A DNA stretch of 64,000 nucleotides from the human T2T-CHM13v2.0 reference genome, Homo sapiens: the NCBI RefSeq assembly GCF_009914755.1, contig NC_060926.1, one strand, 5' to 3'. The notes beneath the pieces were generated by a model. It ran no database searches. It was not told where the DNA came from and was given only the letters and a program-made list of their open reading frames with translations. A program made the translations under genes and the position numbers. Shown here one piece after another: positions 42,831 to 57,624 of this stretch (its first letter is position 1; each line of letters opens with the position of its first letter).

Positions 42831-44754
42831 CACATATGAAGGACCTCAATCCAAGTACAAATACTTTCCAAAGGACAGAACTCTCCTTAAAGACTGATAC
42901 GTAAAAATTGGTTCTAATGATTTTAACAAATTTTCATTTAAGTGAATGATTTTTAAAAATACATATGTAATCACTTTAACTCTTTTTTATAATTTCCTGT
43001 GTATAGAAAGTTTTGAATGATTTTTATGATTTGCTGGGCGCACTTAAATACTTTAAAATCAGGATCGAGGCAGAGAAAGATGGCTGAATCGAAGCCTCCA
43101 CTGATCATTCTCCCCATAGAAATACCAACTTTAACAACCATCTAAACCCAAAAGCACCTTCATGAAAACCAAACATCAAGTGAATGATCACAGTACCTGG
43201 TATTAACTTCATATTACTGAAAGAGACACCGAAGAGGGTAGGAAAGATAGTCTTGAATTGTGGATGCCATCCCTCCCCTGGCCCCCCGCATCAGCTGCTA
43301 GGCACTGAGAATCTCTGTTCTCAGGGAGGGAGAGTGGGACTTTGTGTTGGAACTCGGTGCTGCCAACATGCACAGACCTCAGCAAATGCCCATGGAGGGA
43401 CCACTTAGAGCAGCCCTAGCCAGAGGGAAATCACCCATTCCAGATGTTACAACCTGAGTTTTGGCAAACCTTGCCACCATGGGCTAAAGTGTTCTGAGGC
43501 TCTAAACAACTTGAAAGGCAGTCTAGGCCACAAGAACTGCAACTCCTAGGCAAGTTTTAGTGCCGTGTGGGGTCAGAGCCAGTGGGCTTGAGGTGCACAT
43601 GACCTAGTGATATACCTAGCTAAAGAAGTGGTTGTGCCATCCCTCCCCCAACCCCAGGCAGCACAGCTCACTGCTCCAAAGAAGACCCCTTCATTCCACT
43701 TGAGGAGAGGAAGAGAAAAGAGTAAAGAGGACTTTGCAACTTGGATACCAGCTCAGCCACAGCAGGATAGGGCAATGGGTAGAGTAGTGAGGCCCCCATC
43801 TTAGGCCCTAGCTCCTGGAAGACATTTCTAGACACACATGGGCCAGAAGAAAACCCACTGGCTTGAAGGGAGGGATGCAGTCCTGGCACAATTCATCACC
43901 TGCTGACTAAAGAGCCCTTGGGCACTGAATAATCAGGAGCAGTAGCCAGTTAGGAAACACCCTGGGCCTTGGATGAGACTCTGAGATGTCCTGGCTTCAG
44001 GTGTGATCTGGCACATTCACAACTGTAGTGGCTACCAAGAGAGACTCCTTCTGCTTAAGAAAAGCAGAGGGAAGAGTAAAGAGGACTCTGTCTTGCAGTT
44101 TAGATACCTCAGCCTTGCAGCTCGGCCACAGTGTGGCAGAGTATGAAGTGGGATCTCGGGATCCCCAATTCCAGGCCTTGGCTGTTAGGAGGAATTTCTG
44201 GACCTATCTTGGGCCAGAGGGGAGCCCACTTTTGTGAAAGTGGGTCCTAGGTTTAGCAACATGCACCACAACCTGACTGAAGAGCCCTTGGGCCTTAAGT
44301 GAACATTGGCTGTGGCCTGGCAATACTCCCCAAGGACCTGTGGTGGTGGTGGACATAAGAGTCTCCTCTGCTTATCAAAAGGGGAGGGAAGAGTGGGAAG
44401 GACTTTGTCTTGTGGTCTGATGCCAGTTCAGCTGCAATAGAGTAGAGTACCACATAGATTCCTAAGGTTTCCTACTCCAGGCCCTGGCTCCCAGGCAGCA
44501 TCTCAGGGACACTCGGAGCTGGGGGAACTCACTGACCTGAAGGGAGGAACACATGCCTGGATGGCTTCACCATCTGCCAATTGTAGAGCCCTAGGGCCTT
44601 GAATAAACACAGGCAGTAGCAAGTAAGAGGTTACCATGGGCCTTAAATGAGAACCAGTGTTGCACTGGCTTCAGTTCTGACCAAGCACAGTCCCAGTGGT
44701 GATGGTCACAAGGGTGTTTGTGTCACCCCTCCCCCAGTTCCAGGCAGCTTAGCA

Positions 44755-44775
44755 GACAGAGAGAGACAGAGAGGC

Positions 44776-44822
<47 letters not shown>
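44755..44822. repeat. (GA)n microsatellite in the L1 5'UTR
   Basis: Direct inspection. Confidence 0.95.
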
Positions 44823-44824
<2 letters not shown>

Positions 44825-47800
44825 CTCTAATTATTTGGGAGAAATTAAGGGAAGAGAATAAGAGTCTCTGCCTGGTAATCAAGACAAGTCTTCCAGATTA
44901 TATCCAAGACCACCAAGGCAGTACCTCTACAAGGCTATGAGATCCACAGTGTTACTGGGCTTGGGGTATCCCTTAATGCAGACACAGAAGAAGTGACCAA
45001 AAACTTAGATCACAACATTTAAGTCCCTTCAAATACCTGGAAAGTCTTCTCAAGAAGGAAGGGTACAAACAAGCCCAGAATGCTAAAGGTATAATACCTA
45101 ACTCTTCAAGGCCCAGATACCAATGAACATCCACAAGCATCAAGACTGTCCAAGAAAACATAACCTCATCAAACAACCTAAATAAGGCACCAAAGAGATA
45201 AACCCAAAGAGATAGAGATATGTGAGATTTCAGACAGACAATTCAAAATAGCTGTTTTCAGGAAACTCTTTGAAATTCAAGATAACACCATGAAGGAATT
45301 CAGAATCTCATCATATAAATTTAACAAAGAATTTGAAATAATGAAAAAAGAATCAAGAAGAAATTCTGGGGTTGAAAATGTAATTGACATACTGAAGAAT
45401 GCATCAGACTCTTAATAGCAGAGTTTATCAAAAAGAAGAAAGAATTAGTGAGCTTGAAGATAGGCTACCTAAAAATACACAGAGGAGACAAAAGAAAAAG
45501 GGATAAAAAAGAATGAAGTACACCTATAGGATCTGGAAAATAGCCTCAAAAGGGCAAATCTAAGAGTTATTGGCCTTAAAGAAGAGGTAGAGAGAGATAG
45601 GTAGAACCTTATTCAAAAGGATAATAACAGAAAATTTTCCAAACCTAGAGAAAAATATCAATATTTCGGTACAAGAAGGTTTTAGAACACCAAGCAGATT
45701 TAACCCAACAAAGACTACCTCAACATATTTAATAATCAAACTCCCAAAGGTCAAAAATAAAGAAAGGATCCTAAAAACAGCAAGAGAAAATAAACAACCC
45801 CCAATGGAGCTCCAACATGTCTGACTGCAGACTTTTCAGTGAGAACCTTACCACCCAGCAAAGAGTGGCATGACATATTTAAAGTGCTGAAGGAAAAAGA
45901 ACTTGTATCCTAGAATAGCAAATCTGGTGAAAATATCCTTCAAACATAAAGGGGAAAGAAGAACTTTCCCAGACAAACAAAAGCTGAGGGATTTCATCAA
46001 CACCAGACCTGTCCTACAGGGAATATTAAAGGGAGTTCTTCAATCTGAAAGCAAAGGACAATAATGAACAATAATAAATAATCTGAAGGTACAAAACTCA
46101 TCAATTATGGTAAATAAACAGAAAAACACAGACTATTATAACACTGTAATTGTGGTGTGTAAACTATATATATATGTTAAGTAGAAAGGCAGAAAGATGA
46201 ACTGGTAAAAAAATAACTACAACTTTTCCAGACAGATAGTACAGTAAGATATAAGCAGAAACAACAAAATGTTAAAAAGCAGGGGGATACAGTCAAAACA
46301 TAAGATTTTTAAATTAATTTTCTTTTTTCTTGCTTATTTGTTTATGCAATCAGTGTTGTCAACAATTTAAAATAATAAATTATAAGATATTATTTGCAAA
46401 ATTTATGGTAACCTCAAATCAATAAACATACAACAGACATACAGAAAACGAAAAGCAGGAAGCTAAAACATACCACCAGAGAAAATCACCTTCACTAAAA
46501 GGAAGACAGAAAGGAGAAAAAGAAGGAAGAGAAGACTGCAAAACAACCAGAAAACAAATGACAAAATGGCAGGAGTATATCCTTACTTATCAATCAAAAT
46601 TATCAATAACAACAATAACATCAAAAGTAAATGGACTAAACTCTCCAATCAAAAAACATAGCCTTGCTGAATGGATAACAAAACAAGACCCAGTGATCTT
46701 TCACCTACAAGAAACACACTTCACCTACAAAGACACACATAGCCTGACAATAAAGAGATGGAAAAAGATATTCCATGCCAATGAAAACCAAAAGAGACCC
46801 GGAGTAGCTACACGTATATCAGAAAAAGTAGATTTCAAGATAAAAGCTATTAAGAGACAAAGAAGGTCATTGTGTAATGATATAGGGGCTGATTCAGCCA
46901 GAGGATATAATAATTGAAGATATATAGGCACCCAACACTGGAGCACCAGGTATATTAAGCAAATATTATTAGAGCTAAAGAGAGAGATAGACCTCAATAC
47001 AATAATAACTGGAGACTTAAATATCCCATTTCAACATTCATACAAAACATGTCATACAAAAAAGGATTGTATGTCATATGTCATACAAAAAAAGATCATT
47101 CATACAAAAAAATAAACAAAGAATCATCAGATTTAATCTGCACTATAGACCAAATAGACCTAATAGATATTTACAGAACATTTCATCCAATGGCTGCAAA
47201 ATACACATCCTTCTCTGCAGCACATGGATCATTCTCAAGAATAGACCATATATTAGATGCCAAAACAAATCTTAAAACTTTCAAAAAATTGAAATAATAT
47301 CAAGTATAGTCTCTGACCACAATGGAATAAAACAAGAAATCAGTAACAAGAGGAATTTTGGAAACTACACAAACACATGGAAATTAAACAATATGCTCCT
47401 GAATGATCAGTGAGTCAATGAAGAAATTAAGAAGGAAATTGAAAAAATTTCTTGGAGGAAGTGATAATGGAAACATAACATACCAAAACCTATGGGACAC
47501 AGCAAAAGCAGCACAAAGAGGGAATTTTATAGCTACAAGTGGCTAAATTAAAAAGTACAAAAACTTCAAATAAGCAATGCTCTGATTTAAATAATTCTAA
47601 AAGCAAGTGCAAATCAAACCCAAAATTAGTCTAAGAAAATAAATAATAAACATCAGAGCAGAAATAAATGAAATTGAAATAAAGGAAAGAATACCAAAAG
47701 ATGAACTGAAAAGTTGGTTTTATGAAAAGCTAAACAACATTGACATACCTTTAGCCAGACTAAGAAAAAAAGAGAGAAGACTCAAATAAATAAAATCAGA

Positions 47801-48130
47801 GATGAAAAAGAAGACATGACAATCAAAACCACAGAAATTCAGAGGATCATTAGAGGCTACTAAAGACAACTATATCCCAATAAATTGGAAAACCTAGAAG
47901 AAATGGACAAATTCCTAGACACATACAAACTATCAAGACTGAACCACAAAGAAATACAAAACCTTAACAGACCAACAGGTAACAAGATCAAGTAACAAGA
48001 TCAAATCCATAATAAAAAGTGTCCCAACAAGGAAAAGCCCACGACCTGATGGCTTCACTGCTGAATTCTACCAAACCTTCCTACTCAAACTAATACAAAA
48101 AAAAAAAAAAAAAAAAAACTAGGGGAGGGG

Positions 48131-48507
48131 CGATATGGTTTGGCTGTGTCCCCACCCAAATCTCATCTTGAATTGTAGCTCCCATAATCGCCATGTGTCA
48201 TGGGAGGGACCCGGTGGGAGGTAATTGAATTACAGAGGCAGTTATCCTCAGGCTGTTCTGGTGATACTGAGTCAGTTCTCAGGAGATCTGATGGTTTTAT
48301 AAGGTGCTTTTCCACCGGGCTTCATTCATTCTTTTCCTTCCTGCTGCCATGTGAAGAAGGACATGTTTGCTTTCCCTTCTGCCATGACTGTAAGTTTTCT
48401 GAGGCTTCCCCAGCCTTGCAGAACTGTGAGTCAATTAAACCTCTTTCCTTTATAAGTCATCCAGTCTCAGGTATTTCTTCATATCAGCATGAGAACAAAC
48501 TAATGCA
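48131..48507 (+). mobile_element. THE1-type solo LTR inserted in L1 ORF2
   Basis: (c)gatatggtttggctgtgtccccacc...actaatgca; TSD agggg/aggag. Confidence 0.92.
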
Positions 48508-51302
48508 AGGAGGAAATACTTTCATCAAGCTCATTCTATGAGGCCAGTATTACTCTGACACCAAAACTAGACAAAGATGCATCAAAAAATAGAAAACTTT
48601 AAGATAATATCTCTGATGAATATTGATGCAAAAGTCCTCAATAAAATACTAGCAAACTGAATTCAACCACACATTAAAAAGGTCATTCACCATGACTAGG
48701 TGGGATTTATCCCAGGGATGCAAGGATGATCCAACATATGCAAATTAATGTGATACACTGTATCAACAGAATGAAGGACAAAATTCATATGACCATTTTG
48801 ATTGATGCTAAAAAAGCATTTTATAAAATTCAACATTGCTTCATGATAAAAAAAAAAACCCTCAAAAATTGTGCACAGGAGGACACAATAAAAACCACAG
48901 GACAGACTCACAGCTAGTATCATACTGAATGGGGAAAAACTGAAAGCCTTTCCTCTAAAATCTGGAACACAACAAGGATGCCAATTTTCACCACTGTGAT
49001 TCAACATAGTACTAGAAGTCCTAGCTAGAGCAATCAGATAAGACAAAGAAATAAAAGTCATCCAAATCAGAAAGAAAAGTTAAATTATCCTCGTTTGCAG
49101 ATAATATATTATATTTGAAAAATCCTAGAGACTCCACCAAAAAACTATTAGAACTGATAAATTCGGTAAAGTTGCAGGATACAAAGTTACATACAGAAAC
49201 CAGTAGCATTTACATTTACGTATGCCAAAGGTGGGACAATCTGAAAAAGAAATCAAGAAAGTAATCTCATTTACAATAGCCATAAATAAAATTAAATACC
49301 TAGGATTAACCAAAGAAGTGAAAGATCTCTATAGTGAAAATTATAACACAATGATGAAAGAAATTGAAGACACCAAAAAAAGGAAAGATATTCCATGTTC
49401 ATAAATTAGAAGAATCCAATATTGTTAAAATGTCCATACTACCCCAAAAAGCAATGTCAATGTCAATGACATTCCTCAGAAATAGAAAAAAAAAACTTAA
49501 AATTTATACGAAACCGCAAAAACCCCAGAATAGCCAAAGCTATCCGGAGCAAAAAGAACAAAACTGGAGGAATCACATTACCTGATTAGAAATTATACTA
49601 TAGAGCTACAGTAACCAAAATAGCATGGTGCTTGCAGAAAAACTGACACACAGACTATTGGAACAGAATGGAGAACACAGAAACCAATTCATAAATCTAC
49701 AGTGAACTCATTTTCGAGAAAAATGCCAAGAACATACCTTGGGATAAGGACAGTCTCTTCAATAAATGGTACTGGGCAAACTGGATATTCATATGCAGAA
49801 GAATGATACTAGACCTCTGTCTCTCAACATATACAAAAATCAAATCAAAATGGATTAAAGACTTAAATCTAAGACCTCAAACTATGAAACTGCCACAAGG
49901 AAACATTGGAGAAACTTTCCAGGAACTTGGACTGGTCAAATATTTCTTGAGTAACACACCACGAGTACAGGCAAACAAAGCAAAATTGGACAAATGGGAT
50001 CACATCCAGTTAAAAAGCTGCTACATGGCAAAGGAAACGATCAACAACATGAAGAGACAACCCAGAGCACGGGAGAAAATATTTGCAAACTACCCATCTG
50101 ACGAAGGATTAATAACCAGAACTATACTATTGCAGCACTATACAAGGAGCTCAAACAACTCTATAGAAAAATCTCTAATAATCTGATGAAAAAGTGGGCA
50201 AATTATCTGAATAGATATTTTTCAAAAGACATACAAATGGCAAACAGGCATATGGAAAGGTGCTCAACATCACCAATCATCAGAGAAATGCAAATCAAAA
50301 CTACAATGACATATCATTTCACTCCAGTTAAAATGGCTTTTATCCAAAAGACAGGCAATAACAAAGGCTGCTGAGAATGCAGAGAAAAGGGAACCCTCTT
50401 ACACTGGTGGTGGGAATGTAAATTAGTACAACCACTATGGAGAACAGTTTGGAGGTTTCTTGAAAAACTTAAAACTGAAGTTACCATATGATCCAGCAAT
50501 CCCACTGCTGGTATATACCCCAATGAAGGGAAATCAGTATATTGAAGAGATATCTGCACTCCTATGTTTGTTGCAGCACTATTCACAATACCCAAGATTG
50601 GGAAGCAATGTAAGTGTCCATCAACAGATGAATAGAAAAAGAAAATGTGGTACACAATGCAGTACTATTCAGTTATAAAAAAGAATGAGATTCTGTCATT
50701 AGCAATAACATGGATGGAACTGAAGGTCATTATGTGAAATCAGCCAGGCACAGAAAGACAAACTTTGCATGTTCACACTTATTTGTGATAGCTAAAAATT
50801 AGAACAATTGAACTCATGGAAGTGGAGAATAGAAGGATGGTTACCAGAGGTTGTAAGGGTAGTGGGTGGATGTGGGGGATGTGGTGATGGTTAGTGGGTG
50901 CAAAAATATATTAATATTTTGAAAGAATGAAAAAGATCTAGTATTTGATAGCATAACAAGATGACTATATCAATAATTTAATTGTACATTTTGAAATAGC
51001 TAAAAGTATGTAATTGGATTGTCTGAAACACAAAGGATAAATGCTTGAGGTGCCAGATACCCCATTTACCCTGATGTGATTATTACACATTGTAAGCCTA
51101 CATCAAAATATCTCATATTCCCCATAAATATATGCACCTGCTATGTACCCATGAAAATTAAAAACAAAATTTAAAAGGATTTTTTGAATAATAATGGAAA
51201 AATACCACAAAAACTTAATGTTATAAGAATGAAAAGTAAACAAAATGAAATGGCAATTAGCTAGTTGTTTAACATTATTTTATTTGCCATTAGGTAGACT
51301 TC

Positions 51303-51707
51303 TGTATTAATCCATTTTGTGTTGCTATGAAGGAGTACCTGAGGCTGGGTAAATTTGTAAAGAAAATAGGTTTTTTGGCTGACAGTTCTGCTAGCTGTAC
51401 AAGAAGCATGGTGCCAGCATCTGCTTCTGGTCAGGGCCTCAGGAAGCTTTTACTCATGGCAGAAGGCAAAGGGTAATGTGACACATGGCAAGAGGGGGAG
51501 CAGAAGAGAAAGGAGGGGGTGCCAGGCTCTTTTTAATAATCAGATCTCAAGAAAACTAAACTAGCAAGAAGTCACTCATTACCATCAGGAAGGCACCAAG
51601 CCATTCATGAGGGATCCACCAAAAACCTCCTACTAGGCCCCACCTCCAACACTGGGGATCATGTTTCAACATAAGATTTGGAGGGGACAAGCATTCAAAC
51701 TATATCA
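51303..51707 (-). mobile_element. MST-type solo LTR (MaLR)
   Basis: TG...CA termini; perfect 5-bp TSD acttc (51298-51302, 51708-51712). Confidence 0.92.
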
Positions 51708-51989
51708 ACTTCAAACATAGAAGTAACATGAGAAATGATGAAAGTGAGACTTATCTAATATTTTCAGTGTCATAAATTCTATGCCTAAATATAGCTCAAC
51801 AAACTATCACAGAAAAGCTTAATATAAACAAAATACAGCTTTTATAAAAAATAAAATGTCACTTAAGGCTTAAATATTTGTTGATAAAACAAATGAAGAG
51901 TGATTACACAGCTCAGGCTTCCCGGGACAGTCCTGGTTTGTTCCTGTTAGCATGGCAATAATTGTTGCGTGTTCTCAAAAATAACCTGA

Positions 51990-52632
<643 letters not shown>

Positions 52633-52663
52633 CACACAATTATGGAGAAGCTATAAACAATAC

Positions 52664-52742
52664 CTTCATTTCCATTAGTTCTGCTGTATTTGGAGGAGTG
52701 CTAAGAGCTTTTTCAGCTATCCTCTCAAATTCATCGCATAAT
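52664..52742 (-). CDS. DNAH7: DNAH7 exon C (79 nt, phase 2/0): (R)LCDEFERIAEKALSTPPNTAELMEMK
   Basis: Not in the ORF track, read by hand: acceptor GTTTCAG|ATTATG, donor ATGAAG|GTATTG; restores frame between exons B and D. Confidence 0.92.
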
Positions 52743-53869
52743 CTGAAACACCAAGTAAAACCAATCTTACATATTTACAGTTCAATTTAATTCCAAAATA
52801 TATTCCTGTATACTGTTTAAATATTCCATTGCATGAAAAATAAAAACTATAACTTAGCTATATGACATCTAATAATTAAAAGCAAATTTGCATACATTTA
52901 CTTATTCAGTGCACATTTGATGATCTAGTACATTTTTAACTATAATACTGTGACAGTGACACATAAATGAATCAGATAGCATAATGGCCCTCAAGCAACT
53001 CACAATACAGTAAGGGAGATAGGACTGTGAACAATCATTTCCAACCTGAGCTTTAAGGGCTCTAAGAGAGATTTAGTTGAGATGGCACAAAGAAAGTAGT
53101 ACAAAGGAAAGGAATGATTAACTATACTTGGAGGGATTGTTTAAAATAGGCCTGTGTGCTCAGGAACTTCCAGTAATATGCAAATATTTCCTACTGATTT
53201 GGGTTGCTGCCAATACAAACCATGAACTTATTTTGGCATACAGAAAAAAAAAGTAGCAAGAGCTAAGGGAGTTCAAATGAAACGAATAGAACAATTCTTC
53301 AGTAAGATTGGCTGAAAGGTGAAGGAGAGTGGAACAGCATGGGGATAATGGGTTAAAGTCTGGGGCTGGGAGATGAAAGAGGGCCTCCAACATGTTTGTA
53401 ACCTTCAGAGGGAAAATCAACCGGGAAGGAGAGGTTCAAAATAAGGAATATAGAAGGGATAACTGAAGGAGCCAGGTTCAGAGGCATTGAAAGCAATGGG
53501 GCTGAGCTCCTAGGCAGAGAGAAAAACTGAATGGTGTGACAGACTTCTGCCCTCTGAGTAGGTGGGAGACAGGCTTTCTGGAGAGGTGAGTCAAACCATG
53601 CAGGGGCAAGAAGTGGAAGGCATTCATATCTAATGACTCCTTTAATAGTCCTGATATGTCCTCTGTCCATCCTAGGGAGTCTGGTGAGAGGCAAGAGGCA
53701 TAATTAGGAGAAAATGGGAAAAAGTAGAACTGGCACAAGCTCAGAGAACATTAAGAGGCAGGGGAAGTAGCTACGAAATTAAAATAAGTATTTCACCCAG
53801 CATGAACAGCAATAAGAAGACACTTTCACTATTCTTCTAGTTCTTTTACAGGAAAAGGTGCTTTAAGCT

Positions 53870-54380
53870 GAAAATATGATCTGGTTCCTAGATAAGGTAC
53901 TCAAGTCCTAGTCCTCTTTCACACAGTACCTTCATCCCCAGCCTTTCCTTTCACTTCTCTTCCCTCACGCTGTCTGTGAAAGCAATGCAAAACACTCCTA
54001 GTTCTTGGAATACACCCTGCCATTTTCACACCTCACTGCCCTCTACATATTATCTTCTCTTCCTGGAATTATTTTACCCACACTGTACACCTGACGGACT
54101 CCCACTCTTCCTTCAAAATAAAATTCACATGTCAGTTCCTCTTTGCAGCCTTCCCTGATTCTCCCCTCTCCCCCAAACTCCATCTTGGGAGGAAATTAAT
54201 TCTGTCCTCTCTGTTCTACCTTGTGGCTCATTACAGTACTTATTGCATGGTATTGTAATTTACTGGTTTGTGTGTCTATTTCTCCTTCTACATTGTAACT
54301 TCCTTCAGCAGTTTTATTCATGTTTAGAGCCTTAGAGCCGAAGTGGCTAGTCTTGTGCCTAACACATGGTAGGTAAATAA
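53870..54380 (+). mobile_element. L2 3' relic
   Basis: cagccttccctgatt...ctacattgtaacttccttcag...gtgcctaacacatggtagg. Confidence 0.55.
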
Positions 54381-55097
54381 AACTTCCTTCAGGCTTCTAT
54401 ACAGCTTGAAAGAAATATTTTTAATGATCTGTTTTTTTCTCTGATACCATAATCATAAAATATATCCTGATTATTTAGAGTTTTTCACCCATGTAACTGA
54501 TGCTAGTCGAGAGATTCCCAGAGCAACATTACCACCAGTTGTTGGAAGACTAGTTCTTCTTGTCTTAAAGAAACAGGTATTCTGCTTTATACACTAGTAT
54601 TCTGTGAGTTTACTTAACATGGGTCAGTTTTCCCGAAAATCCCTAGGTTAGTCACAAATGAATTTCCAGATAAAAGAAAAAGTTACCATGGCCCTCAAGA
54701 GTAATTTTAGGAAGATGAAGTTTCAAATGTGATGGTCCCTTAGGACCCATAACAACTACTATGTAAATCCACTTTGAAACCCACTTTGCATATTGATTAC
54801 ACAAATATAAAAATCTGAATTTAGATAATGTCCACTTGACTTGTGTAAAAGAAATACACATTTTAATACCACCTTAACTCAGACAATTGGGGAGGCACAT
54901 TTGTGGTGAAAAAAATAATAAATACTAATAATCACATCACAAAGTGACACTTAAAGCCAAGCAGAAATAAGTTTAGCATAATCATTTCTTTGGAATCATT
55001 TATGGCATTGCTTTAATCAATTACTCTAGTTGAGTGACAGCTGATTCTATTAAACATCCCCTCCCAAAAAATAAAAAAACCAGTATCACATAAATAC

Positions 55098-55225
55098 CTT
55101 GTATTTACTTCCTGATGATCTCTGAACATTTTAGCTAGAAGTTTCCCACAAATAATATCTGCTCGCTTCACCAAAGCTCTGATTAATTCCTCACAGTGCA
55201 TTTCAAACATTCCTAAACGAATAGT
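55098..55225 (-). CDS. DNAH7: DNAH7 exon B (128 nt, phase 0/2): TIRLGMFEMHCEELIRALVKRADIICGKLLAKMFRDHQEVNT(R)
   Basis: Acceptor TTTTGCAG|ACT, donor ACAAG|GTATTT; phase compatible with neighbouring exons. Confidence 0.94.
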
Positions 55226-55988
55226 CTGCAAAAGATTAAAAGTTTAATCAACATAAGAAGAAATAAAACAAATAAATTTTCACAATTTTGCCATTCTCAT
55301 AATTTTTATTTTTGTGTGTGATGTAACAAGATTGAGATTTTTAAAAATATATATAATTCAGGGAGGGTTTTCCAAATAATCATTTGTATTATACAACTAT
55401 CTTCTGGGTAAATATCCTTGAAAAGTTTATTATCTTGGAAGCCAATTCAATCTCAGGACAATATTAGCAATAACAATTTTGGTGAATTGAATTACTGTAT
55501 TGCTAAATAAATAATGTAGGTTTCAAACGTTATAGTTGCTCTGTACAAAAAAAATACATGTTCATGGTAGAAAATTTAGAAAATGTAAAGGGGGACAAAA
55601 AAGAAAATTTTAAGTTACTAGTATTCTACTAAACAGAACCATATTTTGGTGTAATTACCATATTTTCCATATAAATCCACAGGATTTATAAACACTAAGG
55701 CAAAAATCAAATAGGTTCTTGGAATTATAGGGATGGGGCAAATTATATAAAATACGTGTCAGAGTTGCGGTAGTAGAGTCTCAGCTACATGAGCACAAGA
55801 ACTGTGTTTTGCCTAGATTCTTATACTCAGGGCTTACCACAATGCTAGGGACACATCAGAAGCTCAATAAATATTTTTCCTGTTGATGATAATGTTCTAA
55901 TTATCTGTGTTCTAAAAATACATCCTAATAAAACTGGGGAAAAGATACCAGATAGAGATAACAGTTGCACAAAACTGGAGTCATTTAC

Positions 55989-56261
55989 CTTTATGGATGT
56001 GTACTGTATTTCCTCTATTAGTTTCTGGTATTTGCAAATTTCATCTATTATTTTTTCATAACTATGATTTTCTGCGAGGAAGTTATCAACATCTCGCTCA
56101 GCTTTTCTGGTAATTAAAAAGTCATACTTGTCATAGAGTCTGAGGTGCTCAGTAGGTGCCACACTCTCTTTCATAATAACTTCCTTGATCTTTTCTTTGT
56201 GAGCATCTACAATTTCATTCAGAATTATGGGCTTCAAGGTTGTTGGTTTAGACTTACTTTC
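55989..56261 (-). CDS. DNAH7: Dynein axonemal heavy chain 7, internal coding exon A (273 nt, phase 0/0): ESKSKPTTLKPIILNEIVDAH...EEIQYTSIK
   Basis: Minus-strand acceptor TTGTTTAG|GAAAG and donor ATAAAG|GTAAAT; open frame matches ORF 55845..56237; splices in frame with the following exons. Confidence 0.93.
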
Positions 56262-57624
56262 CTAAACAAGGGGGTAAAAATAATAGTATTTAAAATATCT
56301 TAAAGTAACTATATCATTTATCTTTGTACAAACGCCAATCTTACAATGTTTCTTGTCTTTTTATTCACAAGGTTGTTTTAACTGTTTAACCTCTAATCTA
56401 TAGAAAGATATTAGACTAATTGCAGCAGTGTTTTAAAATTTAGGTTCATATAATTTTTTGTTTTCTTTAAGGCTACCTAGTTGTGTTTCGTTTTTCTGTA
56501 TGGATGAAAGAACAGTCAATTGAAAATATATACAAAATAATATTTAGAATAAAAAACAGCAAGATATACATTTTTAAATTTTATTTTTAATTCACATAAT
56601 TATACATATTTATGGAATACAATGTGATGCTTTGACACATGTATACATTGTGTATTGATCAAATCAACATAATTAGTAAATCCATCACCTCAAACATTTC
56701 TCATTTCTTTGTAGTAAAAATACTCAAAATCCTCCCTTCTAGCTATTTTGAGATATATAATGCATTATTGTTAACTATAGTCACCCTAATGTGCAATAGA
56801 ACACCAGAACTTACTCCTCCCATCTAACTAACTTTGTACTCAATTACCAACCTGTCCCCATCTCCCCCATTCCTTGCTACCCTTCCTAGCCTCTGGTAAC
56901 CACTACTCTACTCTTTATTTCTATGAGATCAACTTTTTCAGATTCAACATATAAGTGAGATCATTCAGTATTTGTCTTTCTGTGTGGCTTATTTCACTTA
57001 ACATAATGCCCTCCAGGGTTATCCATATAATTGCAAATGACAGGACTTCCTTCTTTCTATAGCTGAATTGTATTCCACTGTGTATATATATATCATGTTT
57101 TCTTTATCCATTCAACCACTGATGGACACTTAAGTCAATTCCATATCTTGGTTATTATGAATAGTGCTGTAATAAACATGGGAGTGCAAATAGCTCTTCA
57201 ACATACTGATTTCCTTTCCTTTAGCATATATACCCAATAGTGGGATTGCTGTATCATATGGTTGTACTACCTGCAATTTTTTGAGGAACCTCCTTACTGT
57301 TTTCTATATTGGCTGCACTCATTTACATTCCCACCAACAGTGTGTAGGGGTTCCCTTTTCTCTACATCCTTGTCAACACATCATCTTTTGTCTTTTCAAG
57401 AACAGCTATTCTAACTAGAGTGAGGTGACATCTCATTGTGGTTTCTATTTGTATTTCTCTGATAATTAGAGATGTAGAACATTTTTTAGTATACCTGTTG
57501 GCCATCTATTTGTATATCTTCTTGTGATAAATGTCTTGTCAGGTTTTCCATCAATAATAGGATTATTTCTGGTTTTGCTATTGAGTTCCTTTTATATTCT
57601 GAATATTAACCTCTTGTCAGACAT

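Larger units (their letters stand above)
43067..51175 (+). mobile_element. Full-length L1MA3-like element, disabled, containing a (GA)n run and a THE1 LTR
   Basis: 5' end gaggcagagaaagatggctgaa; repetitive 5'UTR; ORF1/ORF2 relic peptides (LQETHFTYKDTH); L1MA3-type 3'UTR. Confidence 0.92.

Noticed and set aside
43430-44650. Repeated blocks (gactaaagagcccttgggc, gactttgtcttg)
   Set aside because: Normal tandem subunits of old L1 5'UTRs, also present in the sister element at ~35940-36800
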